The notes under the pieces: generated by a model
The model's database searches: none
What the model saw: the letters and a program-made list of their open reading frames with translations, nothing else
What the model was told of the DNA's origin: nothing
Shown: in pieces, positions 1 through 20,362 of the stretch
Layout: each line of letters opens with the position of its first letter
Numbering within the stretch: position 1 is the first letter of the stretch
Position numbers and translations under genes: made by a program
From: Polyangiales bacterium
GTDB lineage: Bacteria; Myxococcota_A; Polyangia; Polyangiales; JADJQN01
DNA: 64,000 bases
Assembly: GCA_964202905.1 (NCBI GenBank)
Contig: CAXNJO010000004.1
Coordinates: 64,001 to 128,000 of the forward strand
Direction: 5' to 3'

Positions 1-153
1 CGCGCTGTTGAGGACGTGGCGCTTGCCGAACTGGCGCGCGTCGGACGTGTAGATCACCACGAGGCAGTCCTCGCCCTTGTCGGACTTGTCTGCCCTGAGA
101 TCCTCGAGCGGCGTGATCCGCGTCTTGATGTCCGAATCGGAGTCCAAACTCAC
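1..153 (-). CDS. 5' part of a probable FHA-domain signalling protein (FHA-GGDEF diguanylate cyclase-like N-terminus); runs off the window edge
   Basis: Hand-translated from GTG at 153: MSLDSDSDIKTRITPLEDLRADKSDKGEDCLVVIYTSDARQFGKRHVLNSA. GC3-rich codons. The CLVVIY...GKR.L segment resembles the start of myxobacterial FHA domains. The GGDEF part is not visible. Confidence 0.5.
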   Translation of the reverse strand, partial: MSLDSDSDIKTRITPLEDLRADKSDKGEDCLVVIYTSDARQFGKRHVLNSA

Positions 154-290
154 CTTCGGCGGCGTGCGCCTTGAGAGCCGTCGCAGGGCGAAGGTAGCAA
201 GCCGTTGGGAGAACCTCAAGAGGGGCGCCGAATGCCAAAAAACGCGCGCCGCTGTTGCCCTCGGAGGGGCGGGCGTGTCACTCCCCTGCG

Positions 291-941
291 GTGTCCGCGC
301 AACATCCGTTCCTCGCGGTCGCAGGCAGCATCGGTTCCGGCAAGACGACGCTCACGCGGCGCCTCGCGGATCGCCTCGAGGTCCGCGGCCTCTACGAGTC
401 GACCGACGCGAACCCGTACCTCGCGGATTTTTACGCCGACATGCGGCGTTACGCGTTGCCGTTGCAGATGCGCTTCCTCGCGCTGCGCGTCGCCGAGACG
501 CTCGTGACACAGCGCCTCGGCGTGAGCGCCGTGCAGGACCGGACCTGCTACGAGGACGCTGAGATCTTCGCCGCGAACCTGCACGCCCGGGGCGACATGG
601 ACGACCGGGACTGGGAGACGTACGGCATCGTCGCCGGCCCGCTCCTCGCCGGGCTCGAGCCGCCTGACCTGCTCGTGTACCTCGCGCGCTCGCCGGAGGG
701 GTGCCGCGCGCAGATCCGCAAGCGGGGCCGCGAGTACGAGCAGCGGCTCCCCGCCGACTACCTCGAGGACCTCGGCGCCCGCTACGACGCGTGGTTCGAG
801 GCGTACGACCGCGGCCCGAAGCTGCTCGTGCGCGGCGAGGAGCACGACTTCGTCGACGACCCGCGCGACCTCGAGCGTCTCGTCGGCCGCATCCTCGAGG
901 CGCTTCCACAGACGCGACTCCCGTTCGCGAGTGAGCGCTGA
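291..941 (+). CDS. Deoxynucleoside kinase (dNK family)
   Basis: P-loop GSIGSGKTT, QDR..YED motif, PDLLVYL, lid RKRGREYE. Start GTG 291 preferred over TTG 255. Confidence 0.9.
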   Translation: MSAQHPFLAVAGSIGSGKTTLTRRLADRLEVRGLYESTDANPYLADFYADMRRYALPLQMRFLALRVAETLVTQRLGVSAVQDRTCYEDAEIFAANLHARGDMDDRDWETYGIVAGPLLAGLEPPDLLVYLARSPEGCRAQIRKRGREYEQRLPADYLEDLGARYDAWFEAYDRGPKLLVRGEEHDFVDDPRDLERLVGRILEALPQTRLPFASER

Positions 942-944
942 GCG

Positions 945-2531
945 ATGCGTTCTCCGCTGCGCATGGTCGGCTTCGCGCTCGCCGTCGCGCTCGCGTCGAG
1001 CGCGTGCGGTGCGTCCGCCGCCGGGAGGCCGACGCGCTCGGTGCCGACGGCGTCGCGTGACGCCGAGCTGCTCGCGGGGGAGGTCCGCTTCGAGGCCCGC
1101 AGCGCGACGCCGCGCGGCCTCTCGCAGGCCGTGGAGGTGCGTCCTGCGCGCTTCGTCGAGGTCGTCGCGCGGGACGCGCGCGGGGTGGATCTCGAGCGCA
1201 CGCTCACCGACGCGGACGGACGCTTCCGGCTGCCGCGGCGCCCCGAGGCCGTGGCGCTCGTCGTGCGGGCGCGCGCGACGTCCGGCGCACACGACGCGTC
1301 CGTCACGACGGACGCGTTCGGTCGCTCACCCCACGAGCTCGCGACGCCGCTCGCGGGCGCCACGCCGGGCGCGCTCGTGATCGTGGCGCGCGACGACGAT
1401 GCGCACGGATCGGGCGGCGCGTTCCACATCGTCGACACGCTGCTGCGCGGGCTCGACGCCGTGACGCGCTGGACGGGCCGCTCGTTGCCGCCGTTCTTCG
1501 TCTATTGGGCGCGCGGCGTCACGAACGAATGGAGCTTCTACCGCGGCGAGCGCCCGCTGGGCTCGGGGCGCTACGCGCTCGAGCTGATGGGCGGCGACCC
1601 GGGGCGCTACCGCGAGACGGACACCGACGACCACGACGAGGCCATCATCCTCCACGAGCTCGGCCACTTCGTCTTCGATCGGCTGACGACCGACTCGTCG
1701 ATCGGCGGGTTGCACCCGGAGGGCACGCTCGTGGATCCGGGCGTGGCGTGGGAGGAGGGGCGCGCCTCGTGGTTCGCCGCCGCCGTGCTCGGTGCGCCGT
1801 TTTACCGTGACGCGATCGGGCGCGAGCCGGGCGGTTCGCTGCGGGTCGATCAGGACCTCGAGCACGTCCCGGGCGGGCCGGTCGGCGCGGGCTCCGAGCG
1901 CGCGGTGGCCTCGGTGTTGTGGGACCTCGGCGATGGTGTCCCCGGTCTGCCGGACGCGGACTCGGACGGCGTCGCGCTCGGACCCGAGGCGTTGCTCGGC
2001 GCGATGATCGCGCTCGCTGCGGAGCCCGGCGCGATGCCGGATCTGTCCGGGTTCCTGCGCCACCTGGTGCGCACGGATGTCCTCGCGGCGCCTGCGCTCG
2101 AGGGCCTCCTCGTGCGCGCGCAGCAGCCGCGCGCGCTCCTGCCCGCGGACGACGCGCCCCGCTGGCCGCGTCCGCTCGCGGTGCCCGGCCGCGCGACGGG
2201 CAAGATCGACGGACTCACGAGCCCGGCACCGAGCGGCGGCCCTGCGCGCCCCGAGAACGGCTTCGACGCGGTGCATGCGTACCGTGTCCACCTCGAGCGC
2301 GCCGGCTTCTTCACGGCCGCGCTGGCGGTTCATGGGACGCGCGAGGGGCGGCGTGACCGCCTCACGCTCGAGCTGCGCACGATCCGCGGCAACCTCCTCG
2401 CCTCGTCGCGCGAGGGGGACGTGGCCGAGCGCGTCGCGCGTGTGCTCGAAGCCGGCTGGTACACGGTGTTCGTGCGGGACCGCGGCGACGGGAACCGCGC
2501 GGGCTACACGCTCCAGGTCGCGCTCGAGTAG
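945..2531 (+). CDS. Putative lipoprotein zinc metallopeptidase with C-terminal PPC-like beta domain
   Basis: Signal peptide ending LASSAC; HELGH zinc motif plus downstream WEEG; C-terminal LEAGWYTVFV...YTLQV pattern typical of pre-peptidase C-terminal domains. Confidence 0.65.
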   Translation: MRSPLRMVGFALAVALASSACGASAAGRPTRSVPTASRDAELLAGEVRFEARSATPRGLSQAVEVRPARFVEVVARDARGVDLERTLTDADGRFRLPRRPEAVALVVRARATSGAHDASVTTDAFGRSPHELATPLAGATPGALVIVARDDDAHGSGGAFHIVDTLLRGLDAVTRWTGRSLPPFFVYWARGVTNEWSFYRGERPLGSGRYALELMGGDPGRYRETDTDDHDEAIILHELGHFVFDRLTTDSSIGGLHPEGTLVDPGVAWEEGRASWFAAAVLGAPFYRDAIGREPGGSLRVDQDLEHVPGGPVGAGSERAVASVLWDLGDGVPGLPDADSDGVALGPEALLGAMIALAAEPGAMPDLSGFLRHLVRTDVLAAPALEGLLVRAQQPRALLPADDAPRWPRPLAVPGRATGKIDGLTSPAPSGGPARPENGFDAVHAYRVHLERAGFFTAALAVHGTREGRRDRLTLELRTIRGNLLASSREGDVAERVARVLEAGWYTVFVRDRGDGNRAGYTLQVALE

Positions 2532-2605
2532 CGCGCGACGCAGGGTTTGAGACGGCGCGGTAGAACGAGGCCGCGCGCGGCGCAGCGCCCTCGCGCACGC
2601 CGCGT

Positions 2606-3256
2606 TCAGCGGCCTGCGCGGACGCGGGTGCCGCTCAGACGAGGCGGCGCGGAGGCATCGGCCGCGCGGCCCGCGAGGGAGGCGTCTGCCATGCCGGCGG
2701 CCGGATCGTACGCGTCGATGAAGTGCAAGTTCTCGTAATTGATGAGGAAATGGGCGATGACGGCGCCGTGCAGATAGCCCGTCAGCGCGACGAGCCCCCC
2801 GAACACGAGCCCCATCGCCGCGGCCCACAGCGGCCACACGCGGAAGCCCCGCGACGGCCCCAGGTGTACGGCGCCGAACACGGCCGAGGTCAGCACGAGC
2901 CCGAGGGCGGGCTGCATCGCGCCGCGGAAGAAGAGCTCTTCAGCGACGCTCGAGAGCAGCGCGTACGCGGCGATCTCGATCCCGTCGAGCGGCCCGAGCA
3001 CCGCGCGGAGCTCGCCGTGCAGCGCGCGCGCCCAGCGAGTGCGGCGCACGAGCGCACGCGTCGCGACGACGGTGCAGGCCGCGACGACCAGCCCGCCGAG
3101 CACGGAGGCGAGCGCGCGCACCCCCGGGGAAAGCGGCAACAGCGCGGATTCCGACGCCCAGGGCGACCATTCCCCGCGCAGCGCGCACCACGCGAAGCCC
3201 ACGAGGGCGAGGAGACCGTACGCGGCGCTGGCAGCGAGCAGACGTCGGCGTTTCAA
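2606..3256 (-). CDS. CPBP family (type II CAAX/Abi) intramembrane glutamic protease
   Basis: Several TM segments and all three family motifs: EELFFRG, FGAVH, HFLIN. Confidence 0.9.
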   Translation of the reverse strand: MKRRRLLAASAAYGLLALVGFAWCALRGEWSPWASESALLPLSPGVRALASVLGGLVVAACTVVATRALVRRTRWARALHGELRAVLGPLDGIEIAAYALLSSVAEELFFRGAMQPALGLVLTSAVFGAVHLGPSRGFRVWPLWAAAMGLVFGGLVALTGYLHGAVIAHFLINYENLHFIDAYDPAAGMADASLAGRAADASAPPRLSGTRVRAGR

Positions 3257-3418
3257 GACGCAGCCTCGGCGAGCGTTTACCAGAGCGCGCGGGGCCCGGC
3301 AACGCTTCGCGCCGTCCTGCGTCGTGTCGCGCGGCGCACTGCAACCGCAGCGCCGGACCCGCGTGGTTCACAAGGCGCCGCGGTGTGCGCGGCCACGGGC
3401 GTCATACACGCACGCCCA

Positions 3419-3448
3419 TTGACTCACCGCCCCGTGCCGGACTACTCC
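3419..3448 (+). promoter_or_regulatory. Candidate sigma70-type promoter of the HD-GYP gene
   Basis: TTGACT-N18-TACTCC ending 19 nt upstream of ATG 3468. Confidence 0.4.
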
Positions 3449-3467
3449 TCCCCGCTCGGTCCACACG

Positions 3468-5060
<1,593 letters not shown>

Positions 5061-5123
5061 ACGCCGCCCGACGGTGTCACCCGTGGTGACGCCAGCGGGG
5101 CATGCGCTCGGGAGCCGTGGTCG

Positions 5124-5597
5124 TCAGCCAGCCTCGCCCCGCGCGAGAGCGCGGGCCGCGCTCACGACGAGGGTCTCGAACTCGCGCCAAAAAGAGGTCG
5201 TCGCGGGCGTCTGCCGGCGGAGCGTCGTCGCGTGTGCGTGGAGCCACTCGGCACGCGGGGGCGCGATCCGGAGGCGCAGCCGAAGCTGCTCGAGGAGTTT
5301 GCGCTCGCTGCGGACCTCGTCGAGGTCGGCGAGCGCCATCCACGCCGCGCAGAGATAGGCCAGCTCGCCGTCGCGCGCCGTGAGCGATTCGAGCGGCAGG
5401 ATGTCGAGGGATCGCGTCCCCTGCCGCACGGCCTCGTCGAGCGCGCCGCCCGTCTCGGGCAGACCGAGCGACATCGCCACGGCGTGCACGGCCGCCCGCT
5501 CGTCGGCATCGACCTTGTGGTCCGCCCACGCCATGCAAACGAGGACTTCGAAGACGGTGCGCTTGGCGGGTTCGCCGATGGCGTCGATGGCACTCAT
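5124..5597 (-). CDS. TerB-like (tellurite resistance/DUF533-type) protein
   Basis: Duplicated MAWAD.KV...E / MALAD..V..SE helical motifs typical of the TerB fold. Start ATG 5597 is preceded by TACGTT. Confidence 0.65.
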   Translation of the reverse strand: MSAIDAIGEPAKRTVFEVLVCMAWADHKVDADERAAVHAVAMSLGLPETGGALDEAVRQGTRSLDILPLESLTARDGELAYLCAAWMALADLDEVRSERKLLEQLRLRLRIAPPRAEWLHAHATTLRRQTPATTSFWREFETLVVSAARALARGEAG

Positions 5598-5727
5598 GCG
5601 GGCCGCAACGTAGCGCGGAACCGACGCGGGGTGCACCCCACGCGGCCCCCCCGGCAGCGGCGCGCCCGGACGAGCCCGGGACGCGCGCTCGGTCAGGTCG
5701 ACGCGGCTGCGCGCCCGCGATCCGCGA

Positions 5728-14484
<8,757 letters not shown>

Positions 14485-14556
14485 GCGTCGGACTCCATCA
14501 CGAACGCGGATCCGACTTCAAGTGCGCACGACCCGCGGCCGCGCATGAGCGGGCGA

Positions 14557-14976
14557 TCAGCGCGCGGGGACCGTGACGGCCACGCGCGGCGGCGCGCCCG
14601 TCGCGAACAGGGCGACGAAGGGCCGCGCTGCGCCCGGCGCTGCCCAGCGGTGACGCTCGACGCCGCCCTCCGAGGTGAGCGTGGTCTCGAGGAGGACCCG
14701 CCGCGGGAGGATCGCGCCGGGCGGCTCGACCTCGACGACGACGAGCGTGACGAACGGCGCGGTGAGTGGCTCGACCGCGTGCGGGCGGTCCGCGACCCGG
14801 GCGAGCAACTCACCGACCCGGGCGACGGGGACCGTGTCGGAGCGCGTCACGAGCCGCAGCGCGCCGTGCTGCGTCGAGGCCTGCGGTGTCCGGGAGACCC
14901 GGGGGGGGTTGCCGAGCGCGTCGCACGCGAGGAGGGCGAGAAGCGGGAGCGCGAGGGCGAGTCGAGCGGCCCTCAC
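14557..14976 (-). CDS. Hypothetical lipoprotein
   Basis: MRAARLALALPLLALLAC lipobox. Lies between the 7TM-HD gene and the giant ORF on the same strand. Confidence 0.65.
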   Translation of the reverse strand: MRAARLALALPLLALLACDALGNPPRVSRTPQASTQHGALRLVTRSDTVPVARVGELLARVADRPHAVEPLTAPFVTLVVVEVEPPGAILPRRVLLETTLTSEGGVERHRWAAPGAARPFVALFATGAPPRVAVTVPAR

Positions 14977-14991
14977 CGCCGCGGGCTCGGG

Positions 14992-16737
14992 TCAGCAGCC
15001 TGGGCCATGCTCGCTCGGCGGCGCGGGCGCGTGTTCCGGCTCGGGCGCGGCGGTCCCGTCGAGGCCGGCCGCGCTGCGCCCGCGGGCGACGTCCGCCTCG
15101 GTCGCGACGCCCGGCACGGGGAGCTGCGCCTCGCCGCGCGCCTGCCGCTCCTGCCATGGGTAGCGCACGCGGCCGTGGTGCACGCTCACGAGCGTGTCGA
15201 CGACGCGCGTCGAGAGCACGCGCAGATCCTCGAGGGTCAGCCCGCTCTCGTCGAGCTGGCCCTGCCGCAGCTTCACGAAGACGATGCGCTGCACGAGCTC
15301 CTCGAACTTCGCGCGCTCGGGGGGGCTCACGGTGCGCGCGCCGGCCTCGATCGCGTCGATCAGCATGAGGATGGCCGTCTCTTTGTTGCGCGGCCGCATG
15401 CCCGGGTAGCGGAAGAAGGCCTCCGTGAGGTTCTTCGGGTTCCCGCGCTCGAGGCATTTGTGCCAGAAGAACTCGATCACGCTCGTGCCGTGGTGCGTGT
15501 ACGCGAACTCGACGACGGACTCGGGGATGCCGCCCTCGCGGAGGATCCGCACGCCCTCGACGACGTGCGCCATGATCGCGTCCGCGCTCACGTCGGGCTC
15601 GAGCTCGACGTGCGGGGTCGGCTCGCCGTGCAGCAGGTTCTCGACGAAGTATCGCGGTTGACACGTCTTGCCGAGGTCGTGGTAGTAGGCGCCGACACGC
15701 GTGAGCAGCGCATCGGCGCCGATGGCGGCGGCGGCGGCCTCGGCGAGGTTCGCCATCGCGCGGGAGTGCTCCCACGAGCCGGGCGCCTCGCGCGCCATCT
15801 TCTGCAGGAGCGGCTGCTCGAGATCGGTGAGGTCGAGCAGCCTCGCGCGCGTCGCGACGCCGAGGACGGTCACGGCGATCGGCTCGAGCAGGAAGGCGAC
15901 CGCGCCCGAGAGCGAGCCGCCGACGAAGGTCGCGAGCAGCTCCGAGTGCCCGAGGCTGCGCAGGTCGCCGGCGACGTCGATGCCGCCCTCGAAGAGCATC
16001 TTCGCGGCGACGAGGACGAGCGCGGCGGCGAGGCCCGCGGCGAGGCCGGCGGGCACGAGCGCGCGGCTGTGCTTGCGATCGCGGAAGGCGAACACGGCGG
16101 CGACGCCGCTCGCCATGAACACGGTGACGGCCGTCAGGCTGAACCCGACGAACGACGCCGTGAGGAAGGCGAGGGTCGTGCTGACGATGAACGACGTGCG
16201 CCGGTCGAGGTGCAGCGCGGCCCAGAGCGGGAGCGCGGCGACGGGGATCAGCGTCACCGGGAGCGGCGTGAGGAGCAGGTAGATCTTCGCGAGCAGCAGC
16301 AGGATCGTCGCGAGGCCGAGCAGCCCCGCCTGCGTCCGCAGGAGCGCGCCGCGGCTCGGGATGAAGGTGCGCAGGTAGCTCGTGAGCAGGACGGCGAGCA
16401 GCAGGTAGAACGACCAGAGGCCGAGGAGCGCGCCGACGCGCGGCGGGCGCCGACCCTGCTCGAAGACGCGGGCGAGCGTCGCGATGCGCGCGTCGGGCGC
16501 GACCTCGCCCCGCGCGATGAGGGGCTGGATGGTGCGGAGCGCGACGGCGCCGTGCTCATCCGTCTCGCGGATCGTCACGGGCGGAAGGCGAAGGGTGACC
16601 GGCGCGGGGCGCGTCGGATCGACGCGCAGCGGCGCGAGCAGCGTCTCCGAGGCGGCGATGCCGACCGTCAGCGTCGCGAACGCGACGGAGAGCACGAGCC
16701 CGGCGACCGGGCCGGCGATGAGTCGGGTTCGGAGCAT
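14992..16737 (-). CDS. Membrane-bound 7TM-HD phosphohydrolase (PgpH/HDIG-like)
   Basis: Multiple TM helices, then APGSWEHS, GAYYHDLGK..P.YFVEN, HVVEG, HHGT, FRYPG.RP, ML.DAIEA. Confidence 0.88.
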   Translation of the reverse strand: MLRTRLIAGPVAGLVLSVAFATLTVGIAASETLLAPLRVDPTRPAPVTLRLPPVTIRETDEHGAVALRTIQPLIARGEVAPDARIATLARVFEQGRRPPRVGALLGLWSFYLLLAVLLTSYLRTFIPSRGALLRTQAGLLGLATILLLLAKIYLLLTPLPVTLIPVAALPLWAALHLDRRTSFIVSTTLAFLTASFVGFSLTAVTVFMASGVAAVFAFRDRKHSRALVPAGLAAGLAAALVLVAAKMLFEGGIDVAGDLRSLGHSELLATFVGGSLSGAVAFLLEPIAVTVLGVATRARLLDLTDLEQPLLQKMAREAPGSWEHSRAMANLAEAAAAAIGADALLTRVGAYYHDLGKTCQPRYFVENLLHGEPTPHVELEPDVSADAIMAHVVEGVRILREGGIPESVVEFAYTHHGTSVIEFFWHKCLERGNPKNLTEAFFRYPGMRPRNKETAILMLIDAIEAGARTVSPPERAKFEELVQRIVFVKLRQGQLDESGLTLEDLRVLSTRVVDTLVSVHHGRVRYPWQERQARGEAQLPVPGVATEADVARGRSAAGLDGTAAPEPEHAPAPPSEHGPGC

Positions 16738-16855
16738 GGACGGCGGGCTGCGGGCCGCGCCCGTGCGCAGCGGCCGTCACGGTAGACCCCGGCGCGCACG
16801 GATTCAACCGCGTCGCGGGGGCGGTCGGCTGCGGTGCCGTGATATCCGTGCGCGG

Positions 16856-18310
16856 GTGGGCCGCTTCCTCCGACCGCGCGTGTTCGTCGCGCTCGCGGCG
16901 CTCGCTGTGCTCTGCGTCGGCGCTCTGGCGTGGGCCTTCACCGTCGACGACGCGTTCGTGACCGCGCGCTACGCGTCGCGGCTCGCGGCCGGTCGTGGGC
17001 TCTCCTTCGTCGACGGGCCGCCGAGCGACGGCGTGACGGGGCCGCTCTGGCTGCTGCCCGGAGTGATCGCGGTGTGGCTCGGCGAGAGCGCCATCACTGC
17101 GCAGAAGATCATAGGACTCTGCATGATGGTCATGTCCGCGGCGCTCGTCGTGGGTCGAGCGGCGCGTCGTGCGTGCGGTGCGCTGGCGGCACCGATCGTG
17201 GCTGCGCTCTGCGTGGCAGGGCCGACGCTCGGGGTGTGGGGCGGCGCGGGGCTCGAGACGGGTGCGGCGACGCTCGCGCTGACGGGCGCGCTGCTCGCCG
17301 CCGTGGCGCGTCCCCGGCCACGCGCGCTCGTCGTGGGGCTCTGCGTCGGCGCGCTCGCGTGGCTGCGCCCGGAGGCGTGCGCGGCGGGCGGCGTGGCGCT
17401 GCTCGCCATGCTCGTGCGGGGGAATCGCCGCGCGGCGACGACGGCACTCGGCGTCGCGGGCGCGCTTGGGCTCGGCGTCCTCGCGTGTCGAGTCGCGCTC
17501 TTCGGCCATGCGCTGCCGCTCGCGCTCGCCGCGAAGCCGGGCGAGCTCGCGTGGGGGCTGCGCTACGCGGCGCTCGGCGCGCTCGTCACGACGGGCGGCG
17601 CAGGGCTCGCGCTCGCGGCCTTCGCGGGCGGTCGTGCGCGCGGCGGCGAGCGCTGGCTGCTCGCGACCGTCGTGGTGCACGTCTGCGCCGTCGCGCTCGC
17701 GGGCGGCGATTGGATGCCGGGCTTCCGTCTGCTCGCGCCGATCCTCCCGGTCGTGGCGCTGCTCGCCGGCACGCGGGCCGCACGCGGCTTCACGCTCGCG
17801 CGCACCGCCGCGCGGAAGGGCGCGCTCGCGCTCGCCGTGCTCGTCGCGCTCGCCGTGCCCGCGCTCGACCTCGCCGTGCAGCTCCCCGAGGTGCGCGCTG
17901 CCGGCGAGACGCGCGAGCGCGTCGGGCGTCCGTTCGCCCGCTACCTCGCCGCGCACGCGCGCCGCGTCGCGCTTGTCGACGTGGGCTTCCTCGCGTGGGT
18001 CGGCGGCTTCGACGTCGTCGATCTCGGCGGCATCACGGACGAAGTCGTCGCGCGGCTGCCCGGCCCGCACCTCGGCAAGCGCGTCGACGAGGCGTGGCTC
18101 CTCGCGCGCGCACCCGACGCGCTCGTGCTGCACGCCACGGTGCCGCCCGAGGTCGACGCCGATGGCACGTTGCGGACGCTCGCCGGGTATCCCGTCGAGC
18201 GACGCGTCGCGGCGATGCCCGGGATTCGCGCGCGTTTCCGCGTCGCGCGCGTCGTCGACTACGCGCCGGGCTACGTGTACGTCGTATTGCTGCCGCGCCC
18301 CGCGCCGTGA
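16856..18310 (+). CDS. Polytopic membrane protein, GT-C glycosyltransferase-like (arabinofuranosyltransferase AftB-like)
   Basis: VDDAFVTARYA, GLET, RPE, GGDWMPGFR and VVDLGGITD motifs. Start GTG 16856 inferred (the ORF track starts at 16484, overlapping the divergent gene). Confidence 0.65.
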   Translation: MGRFLRPRVFVALAALAVLCVGALAWAFTVDDAFVTARYASRLAAGRGLSFVDGPPSDGVTGPLWLLPGVIAVWLGESAITAQKIIGLCMMVMSAALVVGRAARRACGALAAPIVAALCVAGPTLGVWGGAGLETGAATLALTGALLAAVARPRPRALVVGLCVGALAWLRPEACAAGGVALLAMLVRGNRRAATTALGVAGALGLGVLACRVALFGHALPLALAAKPGELAWGLRYAALGALVTTGGAGLALAAFAGGRARGGERWLLATVVVHVCAVALAGGDWMPGFRLLAPILPVVALLAGTRAARGFTLARTAARKGALALAVLVALAVPALDLAVQLPEVRAAGETRERVGRPFARYLAAHARRVALVDVGFLAWVGGFDVVDLGGITDEVVARLPGPHLGKRVDEAWLLARAPDALVLHATVPPEVDADGTLRTLAGYPVERRVAAMPGIRARFRVARVVDYAPGYVYVVLLPRPAP

Positions 18311-18340
18311 CGGCGCTCTGGGGCGAGCAGGCATTCCTCA

Positions 18341-18604
18341 GGAGTCGTCGTCCGGGACGCGCGTGTCACCGTCGACCTCGGGGCGTCGAGCGCATCGGTG
18401 CCGTCGTCGTCGGTGCTCGTGAAGGAGGGGGGGCGACACGTCGTGTACACGCAGGTCGCTCCACGTCGCTTCGCGCGGCGGGACGTGGAGGTCGGACACC
18501 CGGTCGACGGGCGCGTGCCGGTGTTCGCGGGAATCGAGCGAGGCGTGAAGGTCGTGACGCGCGGTGCGCTGCTGCTCGACGGCCACGCAGAGATGGTGCG
18601 GTGA
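18341..18604 (+). pseudogene. C-terminal fragment of an RND efflux periplasmic adaptor (CzcB/CusB-like)
   Basis: ARVTV..VPSSSVLVKEGG..VVY...RRFARRDVEVG....VFAGIERGVKVVTRGALLL. The N-terminal three quarters are missing. Confidence 0.75.
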
Positions 18605-18608
18605 CGTC

Positions 18609-19505
18609 GTGCGGGCCCTCCTCCGCTTCTGCGTCGATCGGCGCCTCGTCGTCCTCGCCCTGACGACCATCGCCGCGCTTTACGGCGTACGCGCGTACCG
18701 AAACACGCCGATCGAGGCGTTCCCCGACATCACGAACCTGCAGGTCGTCGTGATCGCGCAGTATCCGGGCTTCGCCCCGCAGGAAGTGGAGCGTCACGTC
18801 ACGATCCCGCTCGAGCGCGTGCTCAACGGCGTGCCCGGCGCGATCAACCTGCGCAGCGAGAGCCTCTTCGGGCTCGCGCTCATCTTCCTCACGTTCGAGG
18901 ACCACGCGGACGTCTTCCGGTCACGCGCGCTCGTCAACGAGCGCCTCACGATGGCGGAAGTCCCCGACGGCGCGGTCGTGCGTCTGGGCGCCGACGCGAC
19001 GCCACTCGGCGAGGTGTTCCGCTATCGGCTCGCGAGCGACCGCCACGACTTGCACCAGCTCCGGGCGACGCAGCAGTACCTCGTCTCGCGGGTGATTCGG
19101 CAGGTGCCCGGCATCGCGGACGTCGTGAGCTGTGGGGGCTTTCTCGAGGAACTGCACGTGGAGGTCGACCCGCTTCGGATGGAGTCCTACGGCGTGACGC
19201 GCGACGAGGTCCGTGATGCGCTCGCGCGTTCGAGCGTGAACACGGGCGGTGGTTTCCTCGTGTCGGGCGGATCCTCGTCGTGGTCTGGGTGTTCCTGCGG
19301 ACGCTGCGGGGTGCGCTCGTCGTCGCGGTCGTGATCCCGCTCGCGCTCCTGTGCGCGTTCAGCGGCCTTCACGCGCTCGGCATGCCTGCGAACCTCATCT
19401 CGATGGGTGCCATCGATTTCGGCATCCTCGTCGACGCCGCCGTCGTGCTCGTCGAAAACGTCTTCCATGCGCTCGGGAAGGAACGTCCGACGACGCGACC
19501 GAAGC
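18609..19505 (+). pseudogene. czcA: Internally deleted, frameshifted and truncated CzcA/CusA heavy-metal RND transporter
   Basis: About 220 N-terminal residues (PIEAFPDITNLQV, APQEVERHVTIPLE, NTGGGF). Frame change near 19270 into the TM block VIPLALL..ANLISMGAIDFGILVDAAVVLVEN. No C-terminal half. Confidence 0.85.
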
Positions 19506-19645
19506 TCCTCGAGGTGCTCCAGGCCTTCGAGACGAGCCTCGCGGCGCGTACCCGGCGCATCGATGCCGCTTCGACAGCGGCTTCCGCCTGGATCGATTGG
19601 CTTGAGACCATCGGCGCGCTGCGCGCCGCGCGCCCCGCACCGTGA
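19505..19645 (+). pseudogene. Probable C-terminal fragment of a TolC/CzcC outer membrane factor, fused in frame to the czcA remnant
   Basis: LLEVLQAFETSLAARTRRIDAASTAASAWIDWLETIG fits the last helix pattern of OMF proteins (LLEVLdA...AR...IDA......A.I.L...G). Confidence 0.55.
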
Positions 19646-19720
19646 CGGCGCTTGGACGGCCTTGCGACGTCGTGCGCGGCGGCTCGCACGCGGCCGGACT
19701 TTCGTGCAAGGCTCGGCCGC

Positions 19721-20287
19721 ATGGAGACGCGCCTCGCGCCGGGCTTCCTCGCCGCCACGCCACCGCTCCGCGACTCGAACTTCCAGCGCGCGCTCGTGCT
19801 GCTCGTCGAGCATGGGGAGCAGGGCGCGCTCGGCTTCATCGTGAACCAGCCCGGCGAGACGATGCTCGCCTCGGTGCTCGAGGAGCTCGAGCTGCCCGTG
19901 CCGTCCGCCCTCGCGGAGCGCATCGCGTTCATCGGCGGGCCCGTGTCGCCGGACATCGGCTGGATCGTCTACGACCCGGCCACGATGCCCGGCGAAGAGG
20001 AGTCGTCGGCCATCGCGGTGAGCGAGCACCTCGCGGTGAGCGCATCGCGCGACCTGCTCGAGGCCATCGCGCACGGCCGCGGCCCGGAGCGCGCGCTCTG
20101 CCTCTTCGGCTACGCGGGGTGGGGCCCCGGGCAGCTCGAGGGCGAGCTCGAGCAGGGCGCGTGGATCCCGCTGCCGCTCGACACACTCGACCTTTTCCGC
20201 GTGCCCGCCGACGCGCAATGGGCGCAGGCGCTCGGCTCCATCGGTATCGATCCGGCGCGCTACATGGCCGCGCTGCCCAAGGCTTGA
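19721..20287 (+). CDS. YqgE/AlgH family protein (DUF179)
   Basis: DSNFQRALVLLVEH..QGALGFIVN, GGPV, GYAGWGPGQLEGEL..GAW. Confidence 0.9.
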   Translation: METRLAPGFLAATPPLRDSNFQRALVLLVEHGEQGALGFIVNQPGETMLASVLEELELPVPSALAERIAFIGGPVSPDIGWIVYDPATMPGEEESSAIAVSEHLAVSASRDLLEAIAHGRGPERALCLFGYAGWGPGQLEGELEQGAWIPLPLDTLDLFRVPADAQWAQALGSIGIDPARYMAALPKA

Positions 20288-20362
20288 CGCGCTGCATTAT
20301 CCGGCGCGCAGCGGCTCCAAAGTCAACAAATTCAAGGTGATCCGCCGGCGCGCGGACCGCAC

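Noticed and set aside
20288..20362. AT-richer patch between convergent genes as a terminator or insertion scar
   Set aside because: Only a weak 5-bp stem and no direct repeats, which is not enough to support a call.
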